This document shows, piece by piece, positions 25,361 to 38,600 of a DNA stretch of 64,000 nt (positions are counted from its first letter, which is position 1; the number at the start of each line of letters is the position of its first letter). The notes under the pieces are model-generated. The model ran no database searches and was not told the DNA's origin. It saw only the letters and a list, made by a program, of their open reading frames with translations. The position numbers and the translations under genes are program-made. This DNA comes from Lama glama (taxonomy: Eukaryota), in NCBI GenBank assembly GCA_028534125.1, contig CM052816.1, positions 92,754,001 through 92,818,000 of the forward strand, written 5' to 3'.

Positions 25361-28300
25361 TAGAAAAAAGAAAGTAGATTTTTATTATTATCTCTATTGA
25401 GCAAGAAATGGAGGCTCAGAAAAGTTAAGTGCCCAAGAAAGAACACCTAGAAAAAAGATTCAAATGAAGAACTTCTCAACTCCAAACACATGCCTTTATC
25501 CACCATCACACCGTGTCACAGCACGGACTGTAGTATTGTATGGAGTTCCAGCACTAGGATTTACTGTTTATGAAAATGACACAAGTCCTCTGACATAAAA
25601 CCACCAAGAGCACATTAAGCTGGTCTCTTTTTCCTGGGAACTCTGAAAGCAGAGAACATTCAGGGAAAACACACAGCCATCTGTCCATTTTAGCTACTAT
25701 GTTCAAGAGACAAAGCACAGGGAATATTTCCAGTCATAATAATGAGAGTCCACTCTCAGTCATATTTTAAGCACAAGAAATAAAACAACTAGCTTTTCTG
25801 ATTCTGTACTTAGTTTAAAAAACTACAATTAGATGAAGCAAATGAAAAATAAGGAAATTCTAAAATATTCTGAATTTGTTCTTTTTTATATAAAATCAGA
25901 TTTTCCAGGTGCAAAATATGAATTTTCCCCCTGCCTTACCCTACCTTCCCTATGAAACCCAAATTAACCTAGTTTCACTTAGTTTCTTCCTTGTTCAACT
26001 CGTTGGCTGTTATTTAAACCATTGTGGATGCCAATCTAGAAACGGACGTACTGTGTTTCTAGTTCTGCTTTTAAGTAAGTGCTCCTGAAAAATGCACTGA
26101 GATAGAGTTTCTCTGATTATCAAATCAATGAATGGTATTTTGGTGATTATAACAAAGAATGACTGAACAACTAAGGGACATCATTTGAAATTTGCTAAAC
26201 TTACATGGGAGATCAAAAGGGGGGCCTGCTCTTAGACAATGTACCTTTTACTAGAGGCTGGAACTCAGCAATGCCTGAGATGGATATTCAGTATTATGCT
26301 GTTAAGAACATTTAAACACAAAGTTAAAAATCAGAAATTAAGGAATCCACATACTCATGCTACCTTAGCCTGCCTGAGACTTTTTTCCTAATGCTCAGAG
26401 TGCATTTCACTCCTGAAACCAATCATGCTCTTTCTTCCTCGTCCAGTGGGGGCCCGGCTACTCCCTCAGCTGCTCATAGACAAGGAGGCGGGGGCAGCGG
26501 TGAAGAGACGCTGGGGCCAGAACTCAGCGCCCTCTCCCTCGTATTCCCTCATCCATTCCTAAGGTGAATGCCAACAGTGAATTGGAAGAAGTAACAAAAA
26601 TCTCCTTAGTAGCCGCAGTGATGGGCACTGCAGCTTCCACGGAAGCCCCTTCCCCCAGCCTGAGAAGCCCCACTTAAACAGTCCGCCTTAAGGAAGATGT
26701 CAGCCTCACTCTTTGATTAGCTCAGAAGTGAAGCATCCTCCTCAGGTCACAGGCAGTGAAGCAGTTAAACCTCTAGGCTTCCTGCAGCTTCTGCCAAGTC
26801 ACTCAACTTTTTCGAGGCTAGATTTTTTTTTTTTAACCTGGAAAATGAAGGGCTTGGCCTGACATGATCACCAGGGCCAGTAGCTCTAAATTCTGTGATG
26901 TGCATGGCATGACATTTACAGTGAAATGAAACCAACACAAAATTCAACATGCATCTGTGGGCTCGTGGGGACTGAGGGAAGAAGGAGGAACTTTTTAGGT
27001 CCAGCATTTGCAGCTGCCTGACAATGATTATCTCCCCTGACACACACTTCTTTAATCTCTCCAGTGGAGCCCAGAACTCTCCATATCTTCAATCACTGTA
27101 TTTTGAAATTAGAATGATGCTTGTTCTAAAAATATAATCACTCTTAATACAGAAATATCTTTTTAAAAATGCTTCTAGTACACTCCAAAGTATACTAAGC
27201 CTAATGCTCACTTGGGAAAAAGAAACTATTTAAAACAAGAACGAAAAACCTCAGCCAGTTTACACAAACACATGATACAGAAGCAAACACCCTGCTTTTA
27301 CAAGAGGCACTTCTGCTCAGCCCACATGAGAGCACGTGAAAGGTCAGGGGCAGGTGCGTGCTTCCTTGGCCGGGAGGGAGTACAGGTAAAATCAGTGAAG
27401 AAGGGCTCACGAAGAGGCTGGCGGCTTCTAAACCTGTACCTCATCTATCCATCCATCTGTGTACCTTCTAAAAAAATATGAATCAGTTCTCCTGATATTA
27501 CCCTAGTTTTAATCACCTAAGTACATTAAATTTCTTAAGGAAAACAAAGCTTAGGATGGGAGGGAGGGAAGACAGAAGACAGGCAGGTTATAATTCATAT
27601 AGTCTCACCTTAGATATGCCCTTCAAATGCCAACCAAACCAGCAATCTATCAACAGGAGTTAATCCTTTTCACAATTTTCTGAACTTAAAAAAATTATTT
27701 TCCCCATTCTTGGTTTGAAAATAAATATAAAATAGTCCAAAACTGTCTAAGGAAAACCTTAATATGTCTAAGATGTTATCTGGGAAACGAGTCCAGATGT
27801 TATATTTAGTTTACGTCTAGTTATTGCATGACAGAAACACACATACACACACGTGCACATGTGCGGTCTCCCCTGTCCAGCTAGTCCCTGGGCGCTGTCT
27901 TCTTAGGGGACCCTGGCACTGGGCTGGCAGTCAACAGTAGGGTGTCCCAGACTGCCTGAATTTTGTTCGTGGTTCTGCCCGCTCCTGGGCATCCCGGCTC
28001 CTCAGTGCGTGTGTCCCTGTGGGCTTGATGACCTCAGCTCCCTGCTCACTTCTGATTGACCCCAGTCCCCTGGGCTCCTGCCCCGCTGGCTCACGGCGCC
28101 CGCTCACATACCCGCATCCCAGTACCACATCCGCTGTAGGGAAGAGATCAGTCCACTTCCCCAGTCTTTCAACCTCACCATTGAACTGTCAGCTCCTCCC
28201 AAGCTGTGGTTACTAAGGTTACTCTGACAGCCTCTGTTCCTGTGACAAAAGGTAATGAAAGCTGGCCCCAAACCCACCAAGATCAGCGGCCAGCCTCTAC

Positions 28301-29024
28301 CTGCTTTATGATTGGATTACCGCATTCTGTTGATTCTTATTTTGTGGTTGGCTTTATTCCTTTGATAACTATGTAAGTTTAAAAAGCTAAAGCTCTAATC
28401 TGTTTTTAGAAACAGTAATTAGTACATATATGTAAACTAAAAATAAATGTGCAGGTTCCCAACCCCTAACCACTCACCCTCCAGTTCTCCCTAATTCCAA
28501 ATGAGGAGCTCTCAGAAAGGACAGCAATCCTCTAGCCGTTCTCACCGGGAGGCACAACCAGGACTGTGAGCGTGGGAATGTAAGCAGCAGAGGGTTACAC
28601 AGCAAGGCCTGCATGGTGACCCTGATGAGTGGGACGAGAAAAATCCGTCCTTCTGCCTTGAGCTAACGAGCACAGAACAAACGAGGTTCAGGAACCTTCA
28701 CGTAAGAGCTGGGCTCAGGGTGGATGGGGCCGCTGGGTCAAACACCGCGGGGAGGTGACTCTTACTGGCAGGAGGCCAGAAGCCGAGGCCCCACGGCAGA
28801 ACTGTGAAACAGCTTCTCTGTGGACCTGAAACCCATCTCTTTCTGTTCAAGTGGTCAAAATCTTTACTATTTTAAGGATCTCACACACTTGCACAATTCC
28901 CATGCACTGAAATTACCATCTCCTTCTGGGCCACCCCTGGCTCCCCAGCATCAGTCAAAGCTCCTGGTTCCTGCACGAAGATCTCCCGGTTAGATGACGC
29001 GATTCCCACGTGAGGCCAGCCCTC

Positions 29025-29524
29025 NNNNNNNNNNNNNNNNNNNNNNNNNNNNNNNNNNNNNNNNNNNNNNNNNNNNNNNNNNNNNNNNNNNNNNNNNNNN
29101 NNNNNNNNNNNNNNNNNNNNNNNNNNNNNNNNNNNNNNNNNNNNNNNNNNNNNNNNNNNNNNNNNNNNNNNNNNNNNNNNNNNNNNNNNNNNNNNNNNNN
29201 NNNNNNNNNNNNNNNNNNNNNNNNNNNNNNNNNNNNNNNNNNNNNNNNNNNNNNNNNNNNNNNNNNNNNNNNNNNNNNNNNNNNNNNNNNNNNNNNNNNN
29301 NNNNNNNNNNNNNNNNNNNNNNNNNNNNNNNNNNNNNNNNNNNNNNNNNNNNNNNNNNNNNNNNNNNNNNNNNNNNNNNNNNNNNNNNNNNNNNNNNNNN
29401 NNNNNNNNNNNNNNNNNNNNNNNNNNNNNNNNNNNNNNNNNNNNNNNNNNNNNNNNNNNNNNNNNNNNNNNNNNNNNNNNNNNNNNNNNNNNNNNNNNNN
29501 NNNNNNNNNNNNNNNNNNNNNNNN
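29025..29524. other. Assembly gap (500 N) in TRIO intron 9
   Basis: Run of exactly 500 N, probably a placeholder length. Confidence 0.99.
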
Positions 29525-31111
29525 AAAGACTCCGCCTGGCAGGAGTAACAGCTACTCACTCATTAATTCAACGAAATGCCCACTGAGGTTTGCCCTAACA
29601 GTAAACAGCAGGCAGCAGGAATATGTGTATTATTTGACCATCAAGAAATAGGACAAATGGTATTAATTTTATTTTGAAGCTAAGGATGACAACAGGTAAT
29701 GCTGCTCAGCAGCTAGCACGTGTACGTCGGCACGTCTTTACCGCCTGCCTCCCCGTCCTGTGGTCTGGACCCACGGTCAGCGCTATGACCCTACACTGCG
29801 GCACCTGACTCCCACCCGAAACACTGTCCATATAGAAATTGGGAAACTGCCTTTGCTTGTTCAGGGGGGGAAAAAAACCTAATCACTAAACCAAAATTAG
29901 GCATATTTTAAAAATCAAACTCCCCGTGCGTCCCCCAGGGCTCCCTTCCTTGGGGCACACGCTGGTCTCACATCTCTTTTGAGTATTTTTCCACAGACAA
30001 GCACGTACTCTTCTTAGAGGCTATCTTCACAAAAGTGTCCGTATTTCTTGAGTGGTAAGTTGCTTTTCTTTGCCCTTGGTATTACAGATGCCTTTCCATG
30101 ACCCAAACAAAAACCACATGTGGTATCTCTAATTAGCTATGTTTTTGTGGATTTTTGATTGTTTTTGTCTTTATAAGTTTATCTTCTACTAACTATGCTG
30201 ACAAGATCTTTCCTTCATTTATCCTCAGCTTACCTTTCCTGCTCGATGCTCAAGATGGCAAAATTTTTCTCTGTGTGAATTAATTTCTTGAGTTTCAGAA
30301 ACACATTCTCGATTTTGACATCCTACGGGCTCCTCTGAGGTAAAGTGTTTGCTTTGCTTAATCTTATCAACTCTGCTCCTTGCTTCACAAGTCCAGCCAA
30401 CATAGCAATTTCCTGTTTGCACAACACTTCCAAACCATTCCCGATCATTTAATCGACAAAACGCTTCCCTTAAAGAGCAATCACTGCTTCTGTGGAATGT
30501 TAATAGGGCCAGAGGCTGCAAAACACTTTCTCCTGCTGACATCCAACCCTGTTCTTGTTCTTGAGGGAAAAACAACTGCTTAAAGAACTGATCTCGTAAT
30601 TATCATAATTACCTTTCTACATATAAAAATTAATGCTTGCTGTTTTCAAATTCAAGCACAGTAAGTACCTGGTGCCAAACTAGATGGTTAGACTCATCAG
30701 CCTATCCCCCAAGGCTTCCTTTCCTGATGTGAGCAGCCCAGTGGCTTAATCTCATGAGACGTGGCGCCCCAAGGAGGTGGGGGGTAGCCCCAGCTGCTAC
30801 TCCAGACACAGGTCCAGGAAGTATGCTGGCCCTCAAGCACACAGAGTGAACAGCGGACCCAAGGGATACGGAAATAGGTGGGAAAATCCTTTAATAAGCA
30901 CATTTAAACTATTAGTATTTCACAGTTTGCAACCGTTTTTGGACAACTAAAAAACCCATTAATATTGGTGCTTCCAACCTCACGATTTCAGTTCTCACAG
31001 TAACACCCAGGCTTTGACTCCTCCATCTAGACCCCTTCCCTGGCAATTCCTTTCTGTGACTAAAACAACATTCTGAAGAAGAATGCAGGGCATCAGAATG
31101 ATCGTTCCTGA

Positions 31112-31691
31112 CACGCACCCCAATGTTCACAGCAGCGCTATTGACAACAGCCAGCACATGGAAGTAACCTAAATGTTTATCAACAGATTGCCAATAAAGA
31201 AGTTGTGGTCTATGTAAACAATGGAATACTACTCATAAAAAAGAATGAAATGCCATTTGCAGCAACAGGATGGACCTAGAGATTGTCATACTAAGTGAAG
31301 CAAGCCAGGAAGAGAAAGAAAAATACCATATAACATCACTTACATGTGGAATCTTCAAAAAAAAAAGGGGGGGGCACAAATGAACTTCTTTACAAAAGAA
31401 AGAGAGACTCGAAGTCACAGAAAATAAACTTACAGTTACCAGGGGGAAAGGGGTGGGAAGGGATAAATTGGGAGTTTGGGATTTGTAAATACTACTATAT
31501 ATAAAATAGATAAACAAGGCCCTACTGTATAGCACAGGGAACTATATTTAATACCTTGTAATGGCCTATGATGAAAAAGAATATGTATATGTATAAATGA
31601 ATCACTATGCTGTACCCCACAAATGAACACATTATAAATTTACTGTACTTCAATAAAAGTAAAAAATTAAAAATAAATAAACAAAAACTAA
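31112..31691 (+). mobile_element. 5'-truncated L1 (ORF2 end plus 3'UTR)
   Basis: CCCCAATGTTCACAGCAGC...CAATGGAATACTACTC, A-rich tail, TSD AATGATCRTTCCTGA at 31097-31111 and 31692-31706. Confidence 0.9.
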
Positions 31692-32562
31692 AATGATCAT
31701 TCCTGAGGCACTCTGTACATGAAACCTTCAGAGAAATCCCAAACCATCAGCAGAATCAAAGCATACTGTATGAAAATCAAAAACGACAGAGCAATTAAAA
31801 GGATGTGGAAGTCACCAGATTCACGTTACAGGAGGAGTGATGGTCGGTGCAGGTGGAGAATCTATGTGTCATCAGGACAGGTCTCAGCCCCCCACGCAGC
31901 AGAAACCCCCTCATCTTCAGGCGACACTTGGGGCGTGTTACGCTGCAGCTCCTGCATGTCTTCCTCACACCCAGCATCCCTCGTCCCCAGGGGCACCTCA
32001 CTCAAACCCTTGCTTTCCCCTCTGCTGTGGGGCAAAGACAGGACTGTTATCTCATTTACTACTAAAGACATATCATATCTTACCAGTGCCCACAGCTGCA
32101 ATCCTTAAAACCCTGGTAGCAGCGCAGGCTTCCTTAACCCAAGACAAGGAAATAAACAGGAGGACTGGGCTGACCCTTATGTTTGTAACAACAACAAAGA
32201 TGTCGACTGCTTAGCAATGAATGGTCATTAAAGTCCACTTTTCACTGATGAGACAACTATTCATTAAGTACCACTGGGCTCCTCGGACTACACTCTCCAC
32301 CAAGTGGGAGAGAAGCATGATTAGCTTGTTACTAAGCAATCAGAGAGCAGACAAATCTTAACCTGCAGCAACACGCTGGTAAAAGCGCCACGGGCATTAT
32401 TCTCATGACTAAATGTAACTGAGGATGAGCTGCTTCAGGAACAAAACTCAGTCTCGGTCTAGGCCCTGCACCATCTCCTGCGTTCCGCACGCACGAGCAC
32501 GTGGCAGAGAGGCCTGAACACGCGTCCTCGACACGCTGCTTTCCCTCGTGGTAAGGAACAAG

Positions 32563-32602
32563 GTGTGTGTGTGTGTACACGTGTGCACGCGCGCGCGTGT
32601 GT
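32563..32602. repeat. 40-bp alternating purine-pyrimidine tract (GT/AC/CG)
   Basis: GTGTGTGTGTGTGTACACGTGTGCACGCGCGCGCGTGTGT. Confidence 0.95.
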
Positions 32603-32672
32603 CCGTGCGCGTTTTCTTCTCTGCCATCCATTTTCACCAGCACAGACTAGGAAAAGGCTCCGTGAAACTGAC

Positions 32673-32903
32673 CTGCTGAACGTCCTGCTGGAAAACGCAC
32701 AGCTGCAGCCTCTGGTGGAGCCGGACCTTGCGGTGCTGCCAGATGTTTTCCAGCTGCCGCTGGTGGTGCAGCACCTCGTGGATGACGTCAAGGACATGGT
32801 GCACGGCCTTGGAGTAGTTGGCAGAGGCCGTGAGGGAATCGGAGCTGCCGGGAGTCAGGGGCCGCTGGAGCTTGTCAAGGAGTGACTTCCCGTCCTGACT
32901 CAC
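32673..32903 (-). CDS. TRIO: TRIO coding exon (~exon 9, 231 nt): VSQDGKSLLDKLQRPLTPG...QLCVFQQDVQQ
   Basis: Inside ORF 32634..33047. Acceptor CTTCTGTCTTGCGGGCAG|GTG, donor CAG|GTCAGT. Confidence 0.97.
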
Positions 32904-32992
32904 CTGCCCGCAAGACAGAAGGGCGACTGTAAGCAAGCGATTATTCACCATCTGCAGCTTTGCCCAGGCTGTGCTGCAGAGCCTGGCCTCCA

Positions 32993-33051
32993 ACACGTGT
33001 GCACACACTTGTGCAGACAACACACGCTCACACACACACACACACACACAC
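32993..33051. repeat. CA-rich tract ending in (CA)11
   Basis: Direct reading. Confidence 0.95.
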
Positions 33052-35570
33052 TTGCATACAAATGTAAACCAGTTTTAGTTTTACTCAAAGGCATATTTTA
33101 AAAAGAACAAAATAAAATTTATAACACATCCATCAAGTATCTAATGATATCATGAAACCAAATACAGTAGAACCGAGTTCAGATTTTAAAAAAACATTCA
33201 TTAGTATAAAACACTGTAGTAGACACTAGTCTTATAAACATACATAGTATTTTGCTTTAAATGATGCATCAGCTGATATAAAAATCGCATTGCTGGGATA
33301 TCTGCAAATTAAAATTTAAAAGAAATAATTTTCTTGAGATATGTTAGAGAGAACACAACCACCACAATGGAGAAAATTTAATGCTGAATATTGAAACCTC
33401 ACTTTAAAAAATCAGTAATCTAGCACTAGGCAAAAAATGTGTACTTTAACTTTCTGACATAGGTGGATAGCAATTTTACTTCACAAAATAAAAAGAAAAT
33501 TAAAAAGTGCCATTTTATTTGGTTCATTAACTTCAAAAAGTAATTTTAATTAAATGCCATCACTTTTCAAAGGAGATTGCAGTGCTACATTACAGTCGTT
33601 AACTATCAAAGTACAATTAAAGTATTGAGACTAACCAAAAAAAAAAAAAAAAGAAGAAAAGGTGAGGGTAGAATATGAAAAGAAAAGAATTACGTATTTT
33701 TTACAGTTAAGTGATTCTTAAACCATTTGAATGATTCTGCCAGAGGCGGTAGAAATAATATGATCAGACTGCTGATCATCACCATGATCTCTCTGCTCAA
33801 ACACTTCAAATCTGAAAGCCTCCTTGGGTTTCTACCGAAAGGAGGAGCAACCAGGAGCCGAGTTAACAGACACAGACAGGGCTCAGAGGCAAGCCACCAG
33901 GACAGGGGAAGGGGGGAGTGAGTGAACGGGACAGGCTAAGGGAAGCCTTTAGCAACCAAAAACTGGCGGCAAGCGAGAGGCCTGTGGAGTTTTCTAATCT
34001 GTTCCTTTAATCCTCTTACAACTTTAAGTCCTGCTGGCAGATAACAGGTTTGTTTTCTAATACCTGAGTCTGAGACCTTTGCTGGAAGTGCTGACTACTC
34101 CTTATGAAGGCTGGCTCCCAGCCTTCGGAGATTAGAACTGACCAAATACATGGAGATCGCAAGGCTGGTGTGGAAACGAGCCAAGCTGACACAACCACAG
34201 AGGGCGGGAGTAAAGGAGCCGACTGAGCCACCGAGTCTGGGTCCGGCACGTGTACACACACACAGTGGAGACGCAGGTCTTCTCAAGCAGGGAGCTGCCC
34301 CTCGGAGTCACGGAGACTTGCAAGGGCACTTTTGAGACAATGATTTGGGGAGGGTAGGCACAATGACTGATCTGGGGAAGAGATTTATTGTGACAGATTC
34401 AGCGGCAGGATATTACCTCAAAATGAAGAATTGTCCTGCTTTCTGTAATTATCTGAGCTAGGCTTTATTTAACATATAACCATGATTCTTCTTTCTTTTC
34501 CTTTTTTTTTTTTTTTTGCCCCTCTAACAAATACTGATTTTTCCAGGAATGCAATTATCATGTTATCAAAGCAAGACAGCACTTGGTTTTCTTCTGAACT
34601 TTACAGGAGCTGCTTACCATTTCAAAATATCAGCACAATAATACCATTCTCAGTATCTGAGTCAACAACACAACACAATGGTTTTATATGAACTACCAGC
34701 ATCTGAATAGCTAATGTTTTCCTCTTACATTGTGCACATACTCAGCACTTATAGACTAAAACACACATTTTACCATATATCACCTTTCTTTTGTCTCTAA
34801 TTTATATGGTAACATATATGTCATTTATGTATATACACATAAATTTTTGTGACAATAGATTATCACCTATACAGTTTATTTCAGCAGGCAGCATGAAGTT
34901 TCAGTTAAACAATGGTGGTGAAGCATTTCTTAGGACTGAGAACCAATACCCCAAGTCACATATTTCACACTGTACAGAGCCTAGAAAGAATTCCTTACAA
35001 ATATTCTCTCCAAGTTTTACCCTTTATACTATGCCTCAGTCAGGAAATATACACTAGAGCATATGACTTGGTGAACATGTGTCAGAAAGATACAGATCAG
35101 AAGGTGTGGCAGAAACTGACAGCTGCCTCCCCAAAGTCCACTCGCCCCTCCTTGTGACAGCCAAGCCCCTACAGTCAGAAACAGCAACACCCCGGCCATC
35201 AAACTACATTTCCCAGCCTCGCTTACAAATAGGCGTGGCCGACATACAAAAGTAAAAAATGTTGAATGGGCTTCCAGGAAAGCTGTTTAGGAGGCTGAAT
35301 TTGCTCATGCCCCCTTGCCTTTTTTCTTCTCCCTGGTGCCAAGAAGCTGGTAAGATGGCTGGAACTTGATGACCTTAAGGCAGCCTTAAGGATGGCAGCC
35401 CACCTGCTACAAGAGGCAAAACAAAAGGACAAAAGGATACAGAGATCCTCTTCCTAACAGAGGCCTGGAATGCAAGCCCTGGGACTTCTGCGCTGGCAGA
35501 AAGCAAACCTCTTAACTTAAGCCATTGTTTTGGATCTTAAACCACAAAACAAAGTGACAAATGGGTTCCC

Positions 35571-35636
35571 AGCCCTCACCAAGTTTCCAGAGGCATCCAG
35601 GTGAGCCCTCACCAAGTTTCCAGAGGCATCCAGGTG
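35571..35636. repeat. Perfect 33-bp tandem duplication
   Basis: AGCCCTCACCAAGTTTCCAGAGGCATCCAGGTG twice. Confidence 0.97.
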
Positions 35637-38600
35637 ACACCATTAATATTCTACTACTGAGAATGAGTAAACAATCTGAACAAGAACATTCCAACTAATC
35701 TTCATTGGGTATCTCTGCAACTGTTTGACAGAGCTCAAGAGCAGGTATCATTACTGGGTTTAGAACAACATGCCTACTCATGGTGGAGGGGTGATGGGGA
35801 ATGACCAAGCACATGCACAAACAATCACCTTAATATGAAAGAACACGTTAAGCAGAGCTCTGCCTTCTGGGAACTCATAAGCAGGGATGAAACCATCTCT
35901 GTCGGTGCCACTGTTGATACTGTCATTTGGTGGTAGAGACAGTGCCAGAAGTGGATAAAAAGAATCCTGAGTAAGAGGACACCTGCTGCACTGAAACAAG
36001 ACCCCATGGGAACTCCAAATGCGTGTTCATGTGCAGCAATTCTCCAGTAAAGCTTTCAGATATAATTCTACTTTATTTCAGTGCAGCTTTCACCAAAGGC
36101 ATTATTTAAACATACATAGGATACCACATATTTTAACAACTGTAAGTAAAATGTCTTTGTAAGTTCAGTAGTACTATGTGGGGAAAAATATGCTAGAATT
36201 TTATGAAAAGAGCTGCTCTACTGTACAGAAATAAGGACTTTTAAATGGTAAGAATAACCAGAAAAATCAATGAAAGAAAAGACTGACAACAGCAGCCAAA
36301 ATGCTCACATATAATTTAAGTACCAAAACAATTAATACATGTAAGTTTATGGTATGTGGTATCATTCTGGATTTCTTAACTATAGAACCAGGTGAATTAA
36401 TCTACTTAAGTTATATGCTTTGTCTAAAAATGTGTTTTTAGCTTTCAGGCAGTCAAACCCTGTTCCACAAAGGACAATACTTGTTAAAAAAAAAAAAAAG
36501 TCAACCTTTATTATCAAAAGGCAGGACTTCATGCTTTAATTTTGAAGCATAACAAATGGGCTCATTTTTTCAGTCTTCCCTTTGTTCTTGGAATACAGTG
36601 CTCGGTAACTTGAAGGGCACTGGAAGTTACATTTAATAAAGCGGAGCATTTTATACATGAACTAACACGCTCTAATACCTAAATGAGTTAAGAAAAATGC
36701 AAGTACCAAATAAAGCCAGAAAAGGGGCTGAAGTTTAAAATTTTACCACATCCTAGGTACGTTTGTTTCTAATACTTAAGAGGAAACTTAGCTGTTTAAA
36801 ATCTAGAACAACGGTCTGGTTCCTGAGTGTTTAATTTTAATTAAAACTGTGAGTAAGATCTGTAACTTGGATTCTTGTGTACCACCCTAAAAACAGTTCT
36901 GCCAACCCTCACAAAAGCTTGCCTATTCTTATTTCTAGTACTTGGGGCTACCAGAAAATCAGATTAGAGCTTAGAGTCTCTAGCAGGAATATTCTTCACT
37001 TGCACACAGAACGCTGCTCTGATCTAAAGAAAGAGACCAGTTACCTGGAGATTACTGCTCAAGGTGGCAAAAACCACCATCCAAGAACCAAGTGTGACCT
37101 GTGATGGGTGAGCTGGGCCCCAGCGTGGTGCTGTGCAGTGCTAGGACAGCGTTCCCAAGGAGTGATCAAAACAGGCAAAATGCAGCCTACATAAAGGCAC
37201 GGCCAGACATGACTACAGGCAGCACATCATGAAGAAAGGGTGATCCTTCAGAAGCTTTAGAAAATGAACCACACTCCTTGTATCAGCTCAAACCAGCATC
37301 ACCTGCTTTGATTCCTCTGCAGGGCACAGACCTCCATGCCAAGTCCGGAAATGTTCCACAGCCCCACCATCCTCTCCCACTCCCGTGGAACTCTTCTCCA
37401 AATCGAGGCTCTAACAAAGCAGGAAAGAGTGATGAAGGGTCAGCGTGCTAGCACCCAGCTTACTCTACAGGTGTGGCTGACATTCCTCAGCCAGAGAGGC
37501 AGACACACTCCGTCTCGGAGCAGGAATTTCAACCTGTCTTAAAACGGCTCCTCAAACAAGCTGCTGCCACTAACACAGGCGAGTGACCTTCTGAAAGGCC
37601 ACATGCAGGTGGCAGTGTCTTCCCCAAGCCTAGGGGTCCTTGCCTTCAGAGGCCAGGGCTTCCTCTGAGCTGGTTCTTCTTCCAGCGAAGCTCTTAAAAT
37701 GGAGCTCTGAAAGCCTATTTCCACTGCTCTCAGCTATTAGATTTCTTACTCAAAACCAGACCAACCTAACCATGTCTGGCTCTCAGACAAGGAAAACCAA
37801 AACAAGACCAAAACAGGAAACTGCTGGCATGGCCCCGCCAGTGAGGTCACCTGGATGCAGAGAATACGTGTGTTCTGTAGGTTCCACGTGGGCTTGAGGT
37901 TTCTTGCTCCAGTATTTCAAGCCCTTGCAAGGCCTCAAGTCTGGGGGTGAGGAGGGAGACTGCCATGTGGCCTGTTGGCTCTGACGCTGGCTCAAATGTT
38001 GACAACAGCACCCACGTACCACAGCGATGCTGCAATGCTTAATGAGGCTTTTAAACAACCGCTTTGTAGAGTTGCACTAAAGTAAAGTGGGTGGGCTGTC
38101 ATCCGTCACAGGTAAGATTTTAGGATGTTTACTACTGAGGTGGCTCATTTTGCTTTTTGCTTTTCTCATAAGCTAATAACACTCGTTGCGCCAACATCAC
38201 TTGTACAGCTCCTCTGAAAAGGAGCCCGGCGTTGTAAATCCACCACCCTTCAATAAAAAATAAAATAAAATCAATTTTCAAAAGGAGCTCGACCAGCTTT
38301 GCTGGCAGCAAATCAGTCAGTTCCACGAGGCCCCCACTGAAGTGTGCAGTAAGTCAGCACATTTGGTAAATCGAAAAATTGATGCAGAAACAAAACCCTC
38401 AAGTTACACTGGATCAGGGTGGGCCCTGGCAGACGGGGCGGCTCACCTCCTCTGTCCCAGGAACCGCCACCTGTGGCCGCCACGGCCAAGACCACGGCAG
38501 GTGTGGGGACACTGGGTACACGGTCTCCTGTCACGACTCAAAATACCCGTTGTTGAGGTTTATGGGGTGGCACAGGAGTACTTAAATAAAAATCACTTCT

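Noticed and set aside
28990..29651. ORFs of 184-213 aa
   Set aside because: Artefacts of translating through the N gap.
35571..35637. CRISPR-like direct repeat
   Set aside because: Two abutting copies with no spacer, in a mammalian intron.
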